A stretch of DNA of 64,000 nucleotides from Methanomassiliicoccaceae archaeon (GCA_963827905.1 CAWHCB010000001.1:52963-116962); one strand, 5' to 3'; numbered from the stretch's first letter, positions 49,501-61,212 are shown. Made by a program: numbers and translations. Notes: generated from the sequence alone by a model not told the origin.

Positions 49501-52214
49501 CCTGTATGCCGCAGCTTCCGAGCGCGGTCACATAGGCGTAGTTGTCGACATCTCCGCTCTCCGGGGCGACGGTGGTGTAGGTGAACTCCCACTTGGCACC
49601 GACGGCCAGGACGCCACCGTTATCGGTGTAGGTCAACGTCACGCCGACCGGCGGGTCGTTGAATACCACGTTGCTCAACGGGGTGTCTCCGGTGTTCATT
49701 ATGGAGAATGTCCAAACGATGTCCGCACCAGGCTCTACGTTGTCAGGACCGCCCTTCTCGATGCTGATCTTCGGGTTAACTACGCTAACCGAGACAGAAT
49801 CGCTGCTGTCGCTGACGTCGCCGAACTGTGAGCTAGCGACTACGGAACCGACGTTGGTCACGGTGCCGGAGGTCATCGGGGCGTTGGATGTCTTGGTGCC
49901 ACGAATAGGCTCGCTCCAACGACCAGGTCAGGCAAGGCCTTGTTCGTTGATGCCCAACAGCGGGTCGTCTGAACAGAACGTTGGTCAGGTTGATGTTACC
50001 GATGTTGTTGACAGTGAACTGCCACACGATCGGCGCTCCCACCTGAACGCACTGGGGGCGCTTCTTTATTATCTCAATTCCTGGGCTGTCCAGAACGACC
50101 TCGACCACAAATGCCGATGAATCGGATACGTCGGTCACATCGCCACATTGGGACTGAAGCGGTGACGGTGGCCACGTTCGTCACAGTTCCGGGCTCCGTT
50201 AGGCGCGATGGACTTCAAGGTGAAGTTCCAGTACGCACCGACCGCAAGGACTCCTCCGTTGTCGGTGTAGGTCTTGCTCACGGCGAGCAATGGGTCATCA
50301 AAGATGACGTTGATCAACGGGGCGTCTCCGATGTTCTTGATGGAGAAGGTCCAAACGATCTCGCTACCGGCTCCGACCTCGCTGTTCGGTCCACCCTTGA
50401 CGATATCGATCGCGGGGTTGATCACCAGTGACGGAGTGGTCGTCGGTAACGTTCAACTGCGCTCCACAGGGGGCGTCAGCGGTCACATAGGCGTAGTTGA
50501 CTGCAGATCCAGTGGCTCCCGGGGTCGTCACATAGGTGAAGGTCCAAGAGGCTCCTGGGGCCAGGCTGGCCAAGGGCACAGTCACGCCGGCGGGCGGGTC
50601 GACGAGCACGAGGTTGGTCAGCGCCACATCGCCGGTGTTCGTGATGTTGAACGTCCAGGTGATGGAGTCGCCGAGCCTGATGCAGTCAGGGCCGCCCTTC
50701 TACGAAGGTCATGGACGGGTTGACGATGGTAACGGTCGCATCATCCATGGCCTCTACGTCATTCCACAGGAGGCGGTCGCGGTTACGGACGCCTCGTTCT
50801 TAACAGAGCCGCTCATCGGCGCAAGGCTGGTCTTGGTGAACACGAAGCTGGCACCTGGGGCAAGGTTACCAAGGTTCTGGTTCGATATTGCCAGCGCGGC
50901 ATCGCTGAACAGCACGTTGTTCAATTGGACATCGCCAGTGTTGGTGATGTTGAAGGACCATGTGATGGTCGCTCCGCCTCCGACGCACTCCGGTCCGGTC
51001 TTCACGAGGCTTATGCTCGGGTTGACCACGTTGACCGTGGTGGTGGAGGAGTTAGACAACGGCATGCAAGCGAACTTGCCGTATACCGTCGCGGTGTTCA
51101 CGAGCTTGCTCGGCGTGGTCTCATCGGTCTGGTATTCCACGGTGAAGGTCACTTCGCTGCCGGCGGCCATGTCGCCGATGTAGTGGTTCAAGGAGTCAGG
51201 GAACATCGGGTCGAGCACGGTCACGTTGTTGAGGTAGGCATCACCGATGTTGTACACCGTGAAGGTGTAGGTGATCATGTCTCCCCTCTTGACGCACTCC
51301 GGTGCGGATTTCACGATCTTGATACCAGGCTCGAAGTTGGTGGACAGCTTAACAGTCTCGCTGGCCATCTGGGTCGCGCCCGAGTCGCTCTCAGTGAGCG
51401 TCGCGGTGTTGGTCAGATCGACCTCCTGGAAGAAGCTCGCGAAGACGTTGGTGACCTTTAACGTGTAAGATACCGTTTGGTTATCGGTAAGGGTCCACGG
51501 CCCAACGGTGGTAGGTGATGTCACCCATCCAGAGGGGGCGGTCCAAACGTCTGTCAAGGTAGCGTTGGCGTCCTCTCCGTCCGCCTGCAAGGGCGTGGAG
51601 GTTGCCTTAACGCTCATGACGGCTTCCGCGGCCATCGATTGACCGGTCCGGTCGATCAGGTTGCTGATCGACACACGCTCAATGTTCTGGTACGTTGCAC
51701 CCTCTACATGCTTGAAATAGACGGTGAACGGGTACGAGAACTCTTCTCCCGCTGCCAACACCGGCTTCTTGCTGGTGTCGACGGCGATCGAGGCAACGTC
51801 AACGAAACCGTTTCCAACGTTGGCCTGCACCACATCTGTGATCATCAAGTTCTTGGTCGCGGCGGAGCCCACGTTCTTAACGTGGACGCTGCCTTTGACA
51901 GCCATCACAGAAGCAGAGTCAGAAGCCGTACGGGACGCGGTAATCGTATAAGTCACGTCAGCTGATTCTCCTGGCGCCAATAGCAAAAAGTCAGGAGTGG
52001 CGGTTTTACTCAAGGTCCAATCATACGCTTGAGTAGTTGCTATAGTTGGTTGCGCATCCTGGTCGACGCTGACCTGTGTACTAGTCTGAGATGATCCAGA
52101 GGCATTTCCGAACCAATCTGGATTCATACTTCCGACCAATAACAGGACGCCTACCGTACATAGTGCTAGCACTACGATGATGGCTACCACTTTCTGGGCA
52201 CCTGATTTATTCAT
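43569..52214 (-). pseudogene. Giant surface/adhesin-like locus (about 2,880 codons). N-terminal signal anchor, then Cys-poor DUF11 repeats (52.2-49.3 kb), then Cys-rich repeat modules (49.3-43.6 kb). At least 20 frame breaks; may be one gene or a fusion of two.
   Basis: GGGGAGGA Shine-Dalgarno plus MNKSGAQKVVAIIVVLALCTVGVLLLVG. The N-terminal domain is paralogous to the 13.6-kb locus. About 20 consecutive ORF fragments on the - strand all carry the ...PG..I.Y.I.V.N.G...L..V.V.D... pattern. Later modules add CLAPCE / (Y)TVP.DW.YC.DGE.(I/L).N motifs. The last stop is TGA at 43571-43569. Confidence 0.7.
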
Positions 52215-52623
52215 TTAATCCTCCCCATTATCCTGTTCTCATCTGCGTTTTCAATGATGTTTCGCAGCCCCTATACTGTTTAAGATGGGAACAGAATCTG
52301 TATCGATATCGATAGTTGTAAAGTAGGCTATTTATAACTTGGCGATTTTTTCAAGAATGAAAATTAACATTTGTTAATACTAAAAATAGACTAGGTCCAG
52401 AATGTTTTATCGAAGATGATACGAAAATATACATCGGATGGTCAAAACTTATTATCATTAATGAAAAATATTTTACAACACCGGCTAGAAATGTGCATTG
52501 AGATTCCTAGTGCTGTTCGAAACAATGAGCTTATTCTCATCGGGTTTATATGCTCTCTCTTTGACCCTAGATATAATTTCAAAAAATGAAGAAAATGAAG
52601 GTAAAGGGTTTGCGAAGATCGGT

Positions 52624-53943
52624 TCAATTGCCGTTCATCTTGCCCGATATGTAGGAGGCATAACCGCCCATGTCGAGCAACCCATGCCCAGAGAGGTTGA
52701 AGACGATGGTCTTCTTCTCGTTCTTCCTCTTCGCCTCGAGGGCCAGGTCGATCGCCGCTCGGATGGCATGGGTCGACTCCGGCGCGGGGATGATGCCTTC
52801 GGACCGGGCGAACAGGACCCCGGCCGCGAAGGTGTCCTTCTGCTCGTAGGCCATGCCTTTGACCAGGCCCAGATGGGCCATCAGGCTGACGGTGGGGGCC
52901 ATGCCGTGGTAGCGCAAGCCGCCCGCATGGATGGCCGATGGCATGAAGTCTGCGCCCAAGGTGTACATCTTGAAGAGCGGGGTCATTCCAGCGGTATCGC
53001 CGAAGTCGTAACGGTACTCGCCACCGGTGATGGAAGGGACGGACTTCGGTTCGGCCGCTATGAAGACAGTGTCTGTCTTCTTTCGGATCTTCTCCCCAAG
53101 CATCGGGAATGAGAAACCAGCGAAATTGCTACCGCCGCCCACGCAGGCGATCATATAGTCCGCCTTCTCATCCACCTTGTCCAACTGGGCCATGACCTCC
53201 TGTCCGATGCAGGTCTGGTGAAGCATGACATGGTTGGCGACCGAGCCCAATGAGTATTTGGTGTTCTTTGCCTTGACGCAGGTCTCTATCGCCTCGGATA
53301 TGGCGATCCCCAGGGAACCGGTGTTGTTGGGGTTCTGCTTCAGCAACATCCTTCCGAACTCCGTCTCCGGGCTGGGTGAAGGGAACACCTTCGCACCGTA
53401 GGTCTCCATTATGTAGCGACGATAGGGCTTCTGGTCGTAGCTGACCCGCACCATGAAGACGGTGCATTTCATCTTGAAATGGGCACAGGCCAATGCCAAC
53501 GAGGACCCCCATTGCCCAGCACCGGTCTCGGTGGTGAGGTTCTCGATGCCCTCCTTGATGTTGTAGTACGCTTGGGGGATGGCAGTGTTAGGTTTGTGGC
53601 TCCCGCAAGGGGAGAGGTCCTCTCTTTTGAAGTAGATGTGGGCCGGTGTGTTCAGTGCCTTCTCCAGACGGATGGCGCGCTGCAATGGCGACGGTCGGCC
53701 TAAAAGGACATAGGCCTCCCGGACCTCCTCTGGAATGTCGATGTATCGGTCGGTGGACATCTCCTGTCTTATTATGGCCTTAGGGAATATCGCCTCCAAA
53801 GCCTCTGGCGGGGCTGGCTCCTTCGTGGCCGGATTGAGCGGTGGCGGGATGGGCTCGGGGGAATCGGCAGCGATGTTGTACCATTTCTTCGGGATCTCAT
53901 CGACGTCGAGGTTGATGCGGATATGATCGAACTTTAAGCTCAT
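52624..53943 (-). CDS. trpB: Tryptophan synthase beta chain, TrpB2 type
   Basis: 439-aa intact ORF with the PLP lysine context ([11 protein letters not shown]), [18 protein letters not shown] and the long N-terminal extension typical of TrpB2. Confidence 0.9.
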   Translation of the reverse strand: MSLKFDHIRINLDVDEIPKKWYNIAADSPEPIPPPLNPATKEPAPPEALEAIFPKAIIRQEMSTDRYIDIPEEVREAYVLLGRPSPLQRAIRLEKALNTPAHIYFKREDLSPCGSHKPNTAIPQAYYNIKEGIENLTTETGAGQWGSSLALACAHFKMKCTVFMVRVSYDQKPYRRYIMETYGAKVFPSPSPETEFGRMLLKQNPNNTGSLGIAISEAIETCVKAKNTKYSLGSVANHVMLHQTCIGQEVMAQLDKVDEKADYMIACVGGGSNFAGFSFPMLGEKIRKKTDTVFIAAEPKSVPSITGGEYRYDFGDTAGMTPLFKMYTLGADFMPSAIHAGGLRYHGMAPTVSLMAHLGLVKGMAYEQKDTFAAGVLFARSEGIIPAPESTHAIRAAIDLALEAKRKNEKKTIVFNLSGHGLLDMGGYASYISGKMNGN

Positions 53944-53988
53944 GAGATTAAGGAATGCTTATGCAATATATAACAATTTAGGACTACA

Positions 53989-54007
53989 ATGTATACATAT
54001 ATACATT
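53989..54007. promoter_or_regulatory. Palindromic ATGTATACAT ATATACATT element upstream of trpB2 (TRP-box-like; candidate operator)
   Basis: TGTATACA is a perfect palindrome resembling the TGTACA TRP box known from Methanothermobacter TrpY (from memory). It lies about 45-65 bp upstream of the trpB2 ATG in the divergent region shared with the ABC operon. Confidence 0.25.
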
Positions 54008-54211
54008 ATTAAATGATCTAGAATCTTAAAATGCAAGATATCGTTGCCTATTCCAATCGTCTTTATTTGAGATATCCACACCCTTGAAGTAAAAATATCA
54101 TACTTATCAAACACAAATCCTTAATATAGCGTCCATAAGATAGCGCGCTCTCAGACAAAGGGGCTGATTCTTATTCCCATCATAAAATGCCAGAACGTAA
54201 AAAAGACCTAT

Positions 54212-54892
54212 GTGACTGGTGATGTCGTGGTAGATGCCCTAAGGGGCATCAGCTTGGAGATCGAGAAGGGGGAGATGGTGGCGGTCATGGGCCCATCGGG
54301 ATGTGGTAAGACCACCTTACTGAACTGTCTGTCTGGAATCGATGAGCCCACATCCGGCAGTGTTTACATCGAGGACTCTGAGATGACGACCATGGCAGAC
54401 GACCAGAAGACCAATTTCAGGGCTCGTCGCATGGGGTTCATCTTCCAGTTCTATAATCTGTTGCCAGTACTAACGGCGGTGGAGAATGTGGAGCTCCCTT
54501 TGCTCTTATGTGGGGAGAAGCCTGATGTCGCCACCAAGAGGGCCATGGACCTCCTTACTGTGGTTGGTCTCAAGGAAAGAGCCATGTTAAGGCCTTCAGC
54601 CCTGTCCGGGGGGGAGCGTCAAAGGGTGACCATCGCCCGAGCCCTGGCCAACGAACCTGCCCTGGTTTGGGCGGATGAGCCCACCGGTGACCTTGATAAG
54701 AAGACCGCGGAAGACATCGTGGCATTGATGAGGAAGCTGAACAAGGAAAACAAGGAGACCTTCGTCATCGTGACGCACGATCCCGAGGTCGGCGCCCAGT
54801 GCGACCGTATCATCCATATGAGAGATGGGGACATCATATCCCTGAATGGTAAGATCCAATCCATTAAAAAGGACATCTGCGAGCTTGGGTGA
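54212..54892 (+). CDS. ABC transporter ATP-binding protein (MacB/LolD/FtsE-like)
   Basis: Walker [11 protein letters not shown]-loop, signature [15 protein letters not shown] and Walker [13 protein letters not shown]. Homologous sequence ([13 protein letters not shown]) extends upstream of the GTG at 54212 without a canonical start codon. Confidence 0.85.
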   Translation: MTGDVVVDALRGISLEIEKGEMVAVMGPSGCGKTTLLNCLSGIDEPTSGSVYIEDSEMTTMADDQKTNFRARRMGFIFQFYNLLPVLTAVENVELPLLLCGEKPDVATKRAMDLLTVVGLKERAMLRPSALSGGERQRVTIARALANEPALVWADEPTGDLDKKTAEDIVALMRKLNKENKETFVIVTHDPEVGAQCDRIIHMRDGDIISLNGKIQSIKKDICELG

Positions 54893-57800
54893 GCACCTTG
54901 AAGCTGACCAAGGGATATTTCGCCTCTGCGGCCATTCTCATTGTCCTATTAGTGCTCTCGATATTGCTGCTTCCGCTCACCTATGCGTTGGTGGCCGTCG
55001 TGGTCCTGATATCGGCCTTCATCCTCCTGGATGCCAGCCATCATAAGGTATTGTTCACGATGGCCCGGCGTAACTTCATCAGACGCAAGAGCACGACCGC
55101 CTTGGTCATCGGTGGTCTGATGGTGGGAACGGCCATCATAGCGGCCTCGTTCGTGGTCGGGGACACATTGGACAACATGATAGTTAATGAGGTCACGAAG
55201 GGCGCAGGTGATGTGGACTTCGTTGTCGCTTCGATCAATGAGCAGGGAGGTTACGATTTTTACAACCAGACCTTCTCGGACAACCTCACAGCACAGTTCC
55301 AGTCGATACCCAATGTGGTCGCTGTGGCCCCTTTGGTAATGGACTCCTTCAGTATCCAGAACCTAGACAACGGTCTCTCCACACCCAATATCATGGCGAC
55401 CGGTGTGAACGAGTCCCTTTGGACGGCATTCGGTGGGTTCCAAGACGATGATGGAAGGACATTCTACACCGCTCCGTCCGCGACAGGATGCTATCTATTT
55501 GTCGACGCTGCCAAGGACCTTGGGGCTAACGTGGGGGACTCGGTGGTGATAGCTCAAGGTGAGACCTTCCTGGTTCTCACCGTAGAAGAGATTGTTAGGA
55601 ACAATGAGCCCGGGCAGGGCGGTCTGAACAGCGCGGTCTGGGTGGACATCCAGACCCTCCAGGTAGGCTTTAATCGGACCGGGGAGATAAACACCTGGTT
55701 CATCCACAACAGCGATATCAATGGCGAGATCTATGGCAACAACGACCAGGTGAGGGACGATATAAATGCCATATTGGCCCCGATAGAGCCCAGCACTGGC
55801 CTTGAGATCGTCTTCGATGTTAAGCAGATATTGGTGGATGGACAGGCCCAACTAGAGATCTTCACCCAATTGTTCCTGGTATTCGGTTCGTTCTCTGTCA
55901 TCGCCGGCATTGCTCTCGTTATAAACATCTTCACCATGCTCGGTGAGGAGCGCAAGAGCGAGATGGGCATGGCCCGGGCTCTTGGGATGCGTAGGGCCGA
56001 CCTGCGCAGATTGCTCACCTATGAGGGTCTACTTTACGCCGTGGCGGCCTCCGCCGTAGGTTCGTTGTTCGGTCTGGCGATAGCCTATGGATTGATCTAT
56101 TTCGTCGATACTGCATTTCAGTTCGCCAGTGTGCCACTGACCACATATTTCTCCTTCACAGGGTTCTCATTGGCGATCTCCTTCTTGGCCGGGTTCCTGC
56201 TGACGATCGCGACCGTCTACATCACCACCAGGAGGATATCCAATCTGAACATCGTCCGGGCCGTACGTAACATACCCGAGCCACCGGTGGAGAGAAAGGA
56301 CCGGCGCGCGTTCCTAATGGGAATTGCAGGAATATCGGTGGGGCTACTGTTCATTCTCGTGGGCATCTTAACGAAGAAATGCCGGTCCAGCATATGCAGG
56401 CCTTTCCACGATGATTCTGTCCTCTGGATTCATCCTCCGTCGCATAATGGGAGATAGATTGGCATGGAGCATTGCCAGTCTGGCGACCTTGATATTATGG
56501 TTACCCCTCCCGGAACAGATAACACCGTTCAACGACTACGAATTCGGCATCGAGATGTTCATCATAAGCGGTCTCTTCATGGTGGCGTCCTCCCTGATAT
56601 TGGTCATATTCAACTCGTCCTCGATCGTCTGGTTCATGACAAAGCTCTTCAGGACCCGTGGCAGCTATAGAGCGGTGGCTATCACCGCGGTCTCCTATCC
56701 ACTCAGGGCCAGGTTCCGTACCGGGCTAAGTATATTCATCTTCGGCCTGGTGATATTCACCGTAACCGTCCTGACGATACTCTCGGGGTTGATCGGAGCA
56801 GGTGTCGCTACAATGGTAGAGGAATCCTCGGGCGGTTTCGATGTGATCGCCTTCAAGTCTTTGCCCGTCCCCATGCCGAACGACCCCTGGCAGTACATCA
56901 ACGAGTCAGGAGGGCCGCTCCAACCTGGGAACGTATCTAATATGATCGCGCTGCCGGCCATGCCTGCGACCGCCAATTACACCGGCGTCACATCCACAGG
57001 TTCCGTTGTACTTGCTGATAAAGGAACGAGTGTGATCGGATTCGATCAAAGGTTCTTCACTGAAGGCAACTTCCCCTTGTCGCAGTTCAACAGTTCCATC
57101 TATGGAAGTGCAGAAGAGGTATACCAGGCAGTGCTTTCCGATCCAGGTCTTGTGATCGTGGACGGTAGCTTCGTAGTTATGGATGGGGGAAATTTCGGTG
57201 GGCAGCCAGGAGTGGAGCAGAGCCCAGGGGTCACATTGGGACAGACTATCCGTCTGGAATCCGTGTTCGGTACTTTCCAGAACGTAACTGTGGTCGGGGT
57301 CATGAAACAACAGTTCCTGAGCGGAGTGTATATGGCCACTGATGTCGTGACCACTGCATATGGTGCAGAAGGCCCCTCCATCATGCTCATCAACTTCGCG
57401 ACCGGGTTGGATGTGGCAGAGCAGGCGGCGCTATTGGAAATCGAGTTCCTCCCCTGGGGTGTGCTCACCATCAACGTCGAGCAGCTGGCCCAGGAGATCA
57501 CCGGGGCCATCAATAGCATCTTCACCTTGTTCCGCGCCTTTCTGGCCATCGGTCTGATAATCGGGATAGTGGGTCTAGGGATCATCACCATCCGTTCCAT
57601 AAACGAACGTAAATTGGAGATAGGCATGATGCGCGCCATAGGTTTCAGAAGAAGGATGGTGGTCGTCAATTTCGCCATCGAATCAGCTTTCGTTTCGGCC
57701 TTGGGCATCATGATCGGGACGGTCATGGGATATATCGTCGGGTATAATCTCTGGAAGACATCCTTCAGCGGTTCGGATTTCGCCTTTGTGGTGGATTGGT

Positions 57801-57913
57801 GGCCGATAATATTCGTTGGTCTGATAGCGTTCATCGCGACGATACTATGTGTCTATCCAGCGGCTCGCGGAGCGAGCAAAGTGTCCCCCGCAGAGGTGTT
57901 GCGCTTCGACTGA
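54889..57913 (+). CDS. ABC transporter permease with two FtsX/MacB-type modules (about 1,008 aa); one frame break near 56377
   Basis: The start overlaps the ATPase stop. Two large extracytoplasmic domains are each followed by FtsX-type TM triplets ([21 protein letters not shown]... and [20 protein letters not shown]...). The fragments join as ...[23 protein letters not shown], with the break at an AAGAAAT run. Confidence 0.8.
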
Positions 57914-57927
57914 GAAGTGGGACAATC

Positions 57928-58006
57928 CCGGCCTTACCCTGGAATCTAGGGGAGGAAAGCCAATGTTGCGAGCAGCGACAGAGGGTAAGGCCGGTCGATC
58001 CTTTTT
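57928..58006 (+). terminator. Long-stem hairpin (13-bp perfect inverted repeat, 41-nt loop) followed by T5, after the permease gene
   Basis: CCGGCCTTACCCT (57928-57940) pairs with AGGGTAAGGCCGG (57982-57994), then TCGATCCTTTTTAT. Confidence 0.4.
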
Positions 58007-58133
58007 ATCGGACCGTTTCGATCCACGCCGTGCTTCGCGGGGCTTGATATCTAGTTGGCGAACATGCCTTATAAACCCCGGCATCAAGGTATCATCGCTG
58101 ATATCAATGACGGCCGATATTTTTTCCAAGTTT

Positions 58134-59942
58134 TCAGTGCTGGATGGAATTTGCGATCGCCCCGAGGCGGCCGCAGGCCGGGCATTCCTGGCGACCGGAA
58201 GCGGTGAGCACCTGTCCCGCCTTGGACCCCTCCCTATAGACCGTGATGCCCTTGCACTTTAGACCATGGGCCATGGTGAGGGCCTCCTCCACTTCGGTGA
58301 TGGAAGCGTCCGCCCTCAGGTTGATGGTCTTGGAGACCGCGTTGTCCACATGCTCCTGGAACGCCGCCTGCACCCGCACCTGGTCAAGGGGATGGACGTC
58401 GTGGGCGCTTACGAATATCCGCTTCATGTCGTCTGGCAAAATGTCCAGACCCTGCACCGAGGTATGGCCCGTCATGGCCGAAAGGACCTGCCCCACATCC
58501 AAGTGGTGTCGGGCCAAGGCCTGGAGGAACTGGGGGTCGGTCTCCCGCAGCTCCTCCCCCTCGAGCACATGGCGTTCCATGTGGAAGGCGTAATGGGGCT
58601 CGATCCCGCTGGAGCACCCAGCGATGATGCTGATGGTGCCGGTGGGGGCGATGCTGAGCAGCGTGGCGTTCCTTCGCGCCTCTTTGACACTGCTTCCCTC
58701 CAGGTTCGGGAAGGCCCCTCGAGAGTCGGCGATGGCCTGGGACGCCTCCTTGGACTTCAGATCGATCCTGGCCATGACCTTGTCGATGAGTCTCAAACAG
58801 TCCCTCGTCCCATATCTGATGTCCATCATGATCAGGACATCGGCGAAGCCCATCACTCCCAGTCCGATCTTGCGGTTCCCTCTCACCATGGCCTCTATTT
58901 GAGGCAGGGGGTAATGGCCGGCGTCAATGACATTGTCCAGGAAGCGTACCGCCACGTCGACTACAGCATCCAGGTGGTCCAGGTCCAGCTCGGGGCCGTT
59001 CGCTCCGGGCCTGACCATCTTGGCCAGGTTGATCGACCCTAGGTTGCAGGCCTCGAAAGGCAACAAAGGCACCTCGCCACATGGGTTGGTGGATTCGATC
59101 GTCCCAAGTTGAGGCGTCGGATTTTTGCGGTTCATTTCGTCGATGAAGATCACTCCTGGGTCGCCGTAGGCCCAGGCAGTGGAGCAGATGTCGGAGAACA
59201 AGGCATTGGCATCGAGCCTGGCGCGCTCCCGCTGGGTACGGGGGTCCCGCAGGGTTAGGTCGCCACCCTCCCTGACCGCGTCCATGAAGTCATCGGTGAT
59301 CGCCACCGATAGGTTGAAGTTAGCCAGCTCTTCCCCGGGGTCCTTGGCATGTATGAAGCTAACAATGTCAGGATGGTCCACGCGTAGCACTCCCATGGAT
59401 GCCCCCCTCCTCTTTCCCCCCTGCCTGACCGCCTCGGTGGCGACGTCGAACACCCGCATGAACGATAGAGGGCCGGAGGCCAACCCCCCCGTTGACACCA
59501 CCCTATCCCCCGAAGGTCTTAGTCTGGAGAAGGAGAACCCTGTACCGCCCCCGCTCTGATGCACCACCGCCGCCCATTTCACCGCGTCGAAAATGGCCTC
59601 GATGGAATCCTCCACCGGCAGAACGAAACAGGCGGCCAACTGTTGCATCTGGGTTCCAGCGTTCATCAACGTCGGGGAGTTGGGCAGGAAGGCGAGGGAC
59701 GTCATCGCGGCATAGAACTCCTCCTCCTCGGCCTGCGCGTCCCGGTCCCGATAATCACGATCGACACCGGCGATGCACCGGGCCACCCTTCTGAACATCC
59801 CTTCCGGCGTCTCCAACGACCTTCCTCGGGGATCGCGTAAAAGGTAGCGTCTCTGCAGCACGGTCAACGCATTCTGGCTAAGCTCTATGGGCCCCACTCC
59901 TCCCTTTGCTATTCCAACGGACGGTATATAATTGACTCGCAA
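58134..59942 (-). CDS. nrdJ: Adenosylcobalamin-dependent (class II) ribonucleotide reductase
   Basis: LSQNALTVLQRRYLLRD, PTLMNAG, STNPCGEVPLLPFEACNLGSINL and a C-terminal CPACG zinc ribbon. The ORF-track start is TTG; GTG at 59897 is an alternative. Confidence 0.85.
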   Translation of the reverse strand: MRVNYIPSVGIAKGGVGPIELSQNALTVLQRRYLLRDPRGRSLETPEGMFRRVARCIAGVDRDYRDRDAQAEEEEFYAAMTSLAFLPNSPTLMNAGTQMQQLAACFVLPVEDSIEAIFDAVKWAAVVHQSGGGTGFSFSRLRPSGDRVVSTGGLASGPLSFMRVFDVATEAVRQGGKRRGASMGVLRVDHPDIVSFIHAKDPGEELANFNLSVAITDDFMDAVREGGDLTLRDPRTQRERARLDANALFSDICSTAWAYGDPGVIFIDEMNRKNPTPQLGTIESTNPCGEVPLLPFEACNLGSINLAKMVRPGANGPELDLDHLDAVVDVAVRFLDNVIDAGHYPLPQIEAMVRGNRKIGLGVMGFADVLIMMDIRYGTRDCLRLIDKVMARIDLKSKEASQAIADSRGAFPNLEGSSVKEARRNATLLSIAPTGTISIIAGCSSGIEPHYAFHMERHVLEGEELRETDPQFLQALARHHLDVGQVLSAMTGHTSVQGLDILPDDMKRIFVSAHDVHPLDQVRVQAAFQEHVDNAVSKTINLRADASITEVEEALTMAHGLKCKGITVYREGSKAGQVLTASGRQECPACGRLGAIANSIQH

Positions 59943-59997
59943 AGTATGAACCGCGTTCAGCGCACGATGAAATATGGCCTAAGGCGATATCCGGGAG

Positions 59998-60237
59998 ATG
60001 TCCATGAGATATAGCTGCAGGACGAGGTTGAACCCTGCTGAGGTCCTAGGGCAGGCCAAGGTACGCTTTGACGGCCTGGGCCTGCGACCTACTGACGAGA
60101 CCGCGTCCCGCTTGGTGCTGGAGAGCGAGAAAGGTTTCATCGCGGTGCAGGTCCGAGGGGGCGAGAGGGGAGAGGTCGACATCATCACCGAAGGGTTCGA
60201 CCGGCAAGCGAAGGAGTTCCTGAAGAGGTTGGGCTGA
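59998..60237 (+). CDS. Hypothetical small protein
   Basis: 79-aa ORF with GGGAG upstream of the ATG and codon usage like its neighbours. No family recognised. Confidence 0.4.
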   Translation: MSMRYSCRTRLNPAEVLGQAKVRFDGLGLRPTDETASRLVLESEKGFIAVQVRGGERGEVDIITEGFDRQAKEFLKRLG

Positions 60238-60249
60238 GGAGGTTCGGAT

Positions 60250-60474
60250 ATGAAGTTCAAGAAGTACGAGGCGCCGCAGCACAAGGCGACGGTGCGAGAG
60301 GGCGAGATCTACCACGTCAGCATAAGGGACATGGGTAAGCAGGGAGACGGTATGGCCAGGGTGGAGGGCATGGTGGTCTTCGTGCGGGGAGCGAAGGTCG
60401 GCGAGGAACTGGAGGTCAGGATAACCAAGGTCTCCGGTAACTCGGCCTTCGCGGAAAAGGTGGAGCCCAGCTAA
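60250..60474 (+). CDS. TRAM domain protein
   Basis: EGEIYHVSIRDMGKQGDGMARVEGMVVFVRGAKVGEELEVRITKV is a typical stand-alone archaeal TRAM. Confidence 0.75.
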   Translation: MKFKKYEAPQHKATVREGEIYHVSIRDMGKQGDGMARVEGMVVFVRGAKVGEELEVRITKVSGNSAFAEKVEPS

Positions 60475-61178
60475 CGTCTCAGTTCGCGCTGGAATCCAGA
60501 GCATTGCACCTTGACCAGGGGTATATGCCTTACCAGCTCATCCCCGAGGTCCAACATCTCCTCGACCGATGGGGAGGCCACCTCAATGCCGTTCCAAGGG
60601 ACGTCGTTCATCGGATTCCCCAAGAACTGGTTCAGGATCGCCTCGTCGGCGTACGGTGCCAGCTGCTCCCCTATCCTCCGCACTTTGTCCTTATCGATGT
60701 AACGGGGGATGGCGCGGGTCATGATACGCAATGGCCTTCCTTTTATCGTCTCCAAGCTTTCCCTCAATCTGGGGAGGAATGTCTCCACCCACTCGTCGCC
60801 CTGACCAGAGAGCGAGGACCAGCAACCCCTGTCGTCCAGTGGGCATTTGATCTCGATGGCGAACCGGTCAACAAACGGTAAAAGCTCTCGGATCGTGGCC
60901 GGGTCGTTGCCAGAGGTCTTAAGGGTTACCTCCTTCCCCCTCTGTTTGAGCGTCTTGACGAAGGGCACGACCTCCTTCCTCTGTATCAGCGGGTCCATCC
61001 CCCCGATGTACACTCTCTTGACCGCATCGATGCTGACCTCCCCCACCACCTTCTCCAAGGTCATATCCCTTCGATCCTGGCGACCGTGGGCGCAATAGCC
61101 GCATTTCATAGGACAACCGGAGAGAGCGATGCTCGCCATGTCCCCAGATTTCACAATGGAGATGACCTTCATGCACAA
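60471..61178 (-). CDS. Radical SAM protein (activase-like, CxxxCxxC = CPMKCGYC)
   Basis: 235-aa ORF with the cluster motif near the N-terminus and GGMDPL (SAM-binding GGE-like). The specific function is unknown. Confidence 0.7.
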   Translation of the reverse strand: MCMKVISIVKSGDMASIALSGCPMKCGYCAHGRQDRRDMTLEKVVGEVSIDAVKRVYIGGMDPLIQRKEVVPFVKTLKQRGKEVTLKTSGNDPATIRELLPFVDRFAIEIKCPLDDRGCWSSLSGQGDEWVETFLPRLRESLETIKGRPLRIMTRAIPRYIDKDKVRRIGEQLAPYADEAILNQFLGNPMNDVPWNGIEVASPSVEEMLDLGDELVRHIPLVKVQCSGFQRELRR

Positions 61179-61212
61179 TGGATGGTAATATTGAAAAGAA
61201 GTATTTTTCGTC

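Noticed and set aside
52215-52627. 61-aa ORF 52442..52627 and other small ORFs in AT-rich spacers (e.g. 13174..13359, 41715..41912)
   Set aside because: They lie in AT-rich promoter regions and have no Shine-Dalgarno. Their Phe/Leu/Ile/Asn/Lys composition is driven by base composition, so they are most likely non-coding.
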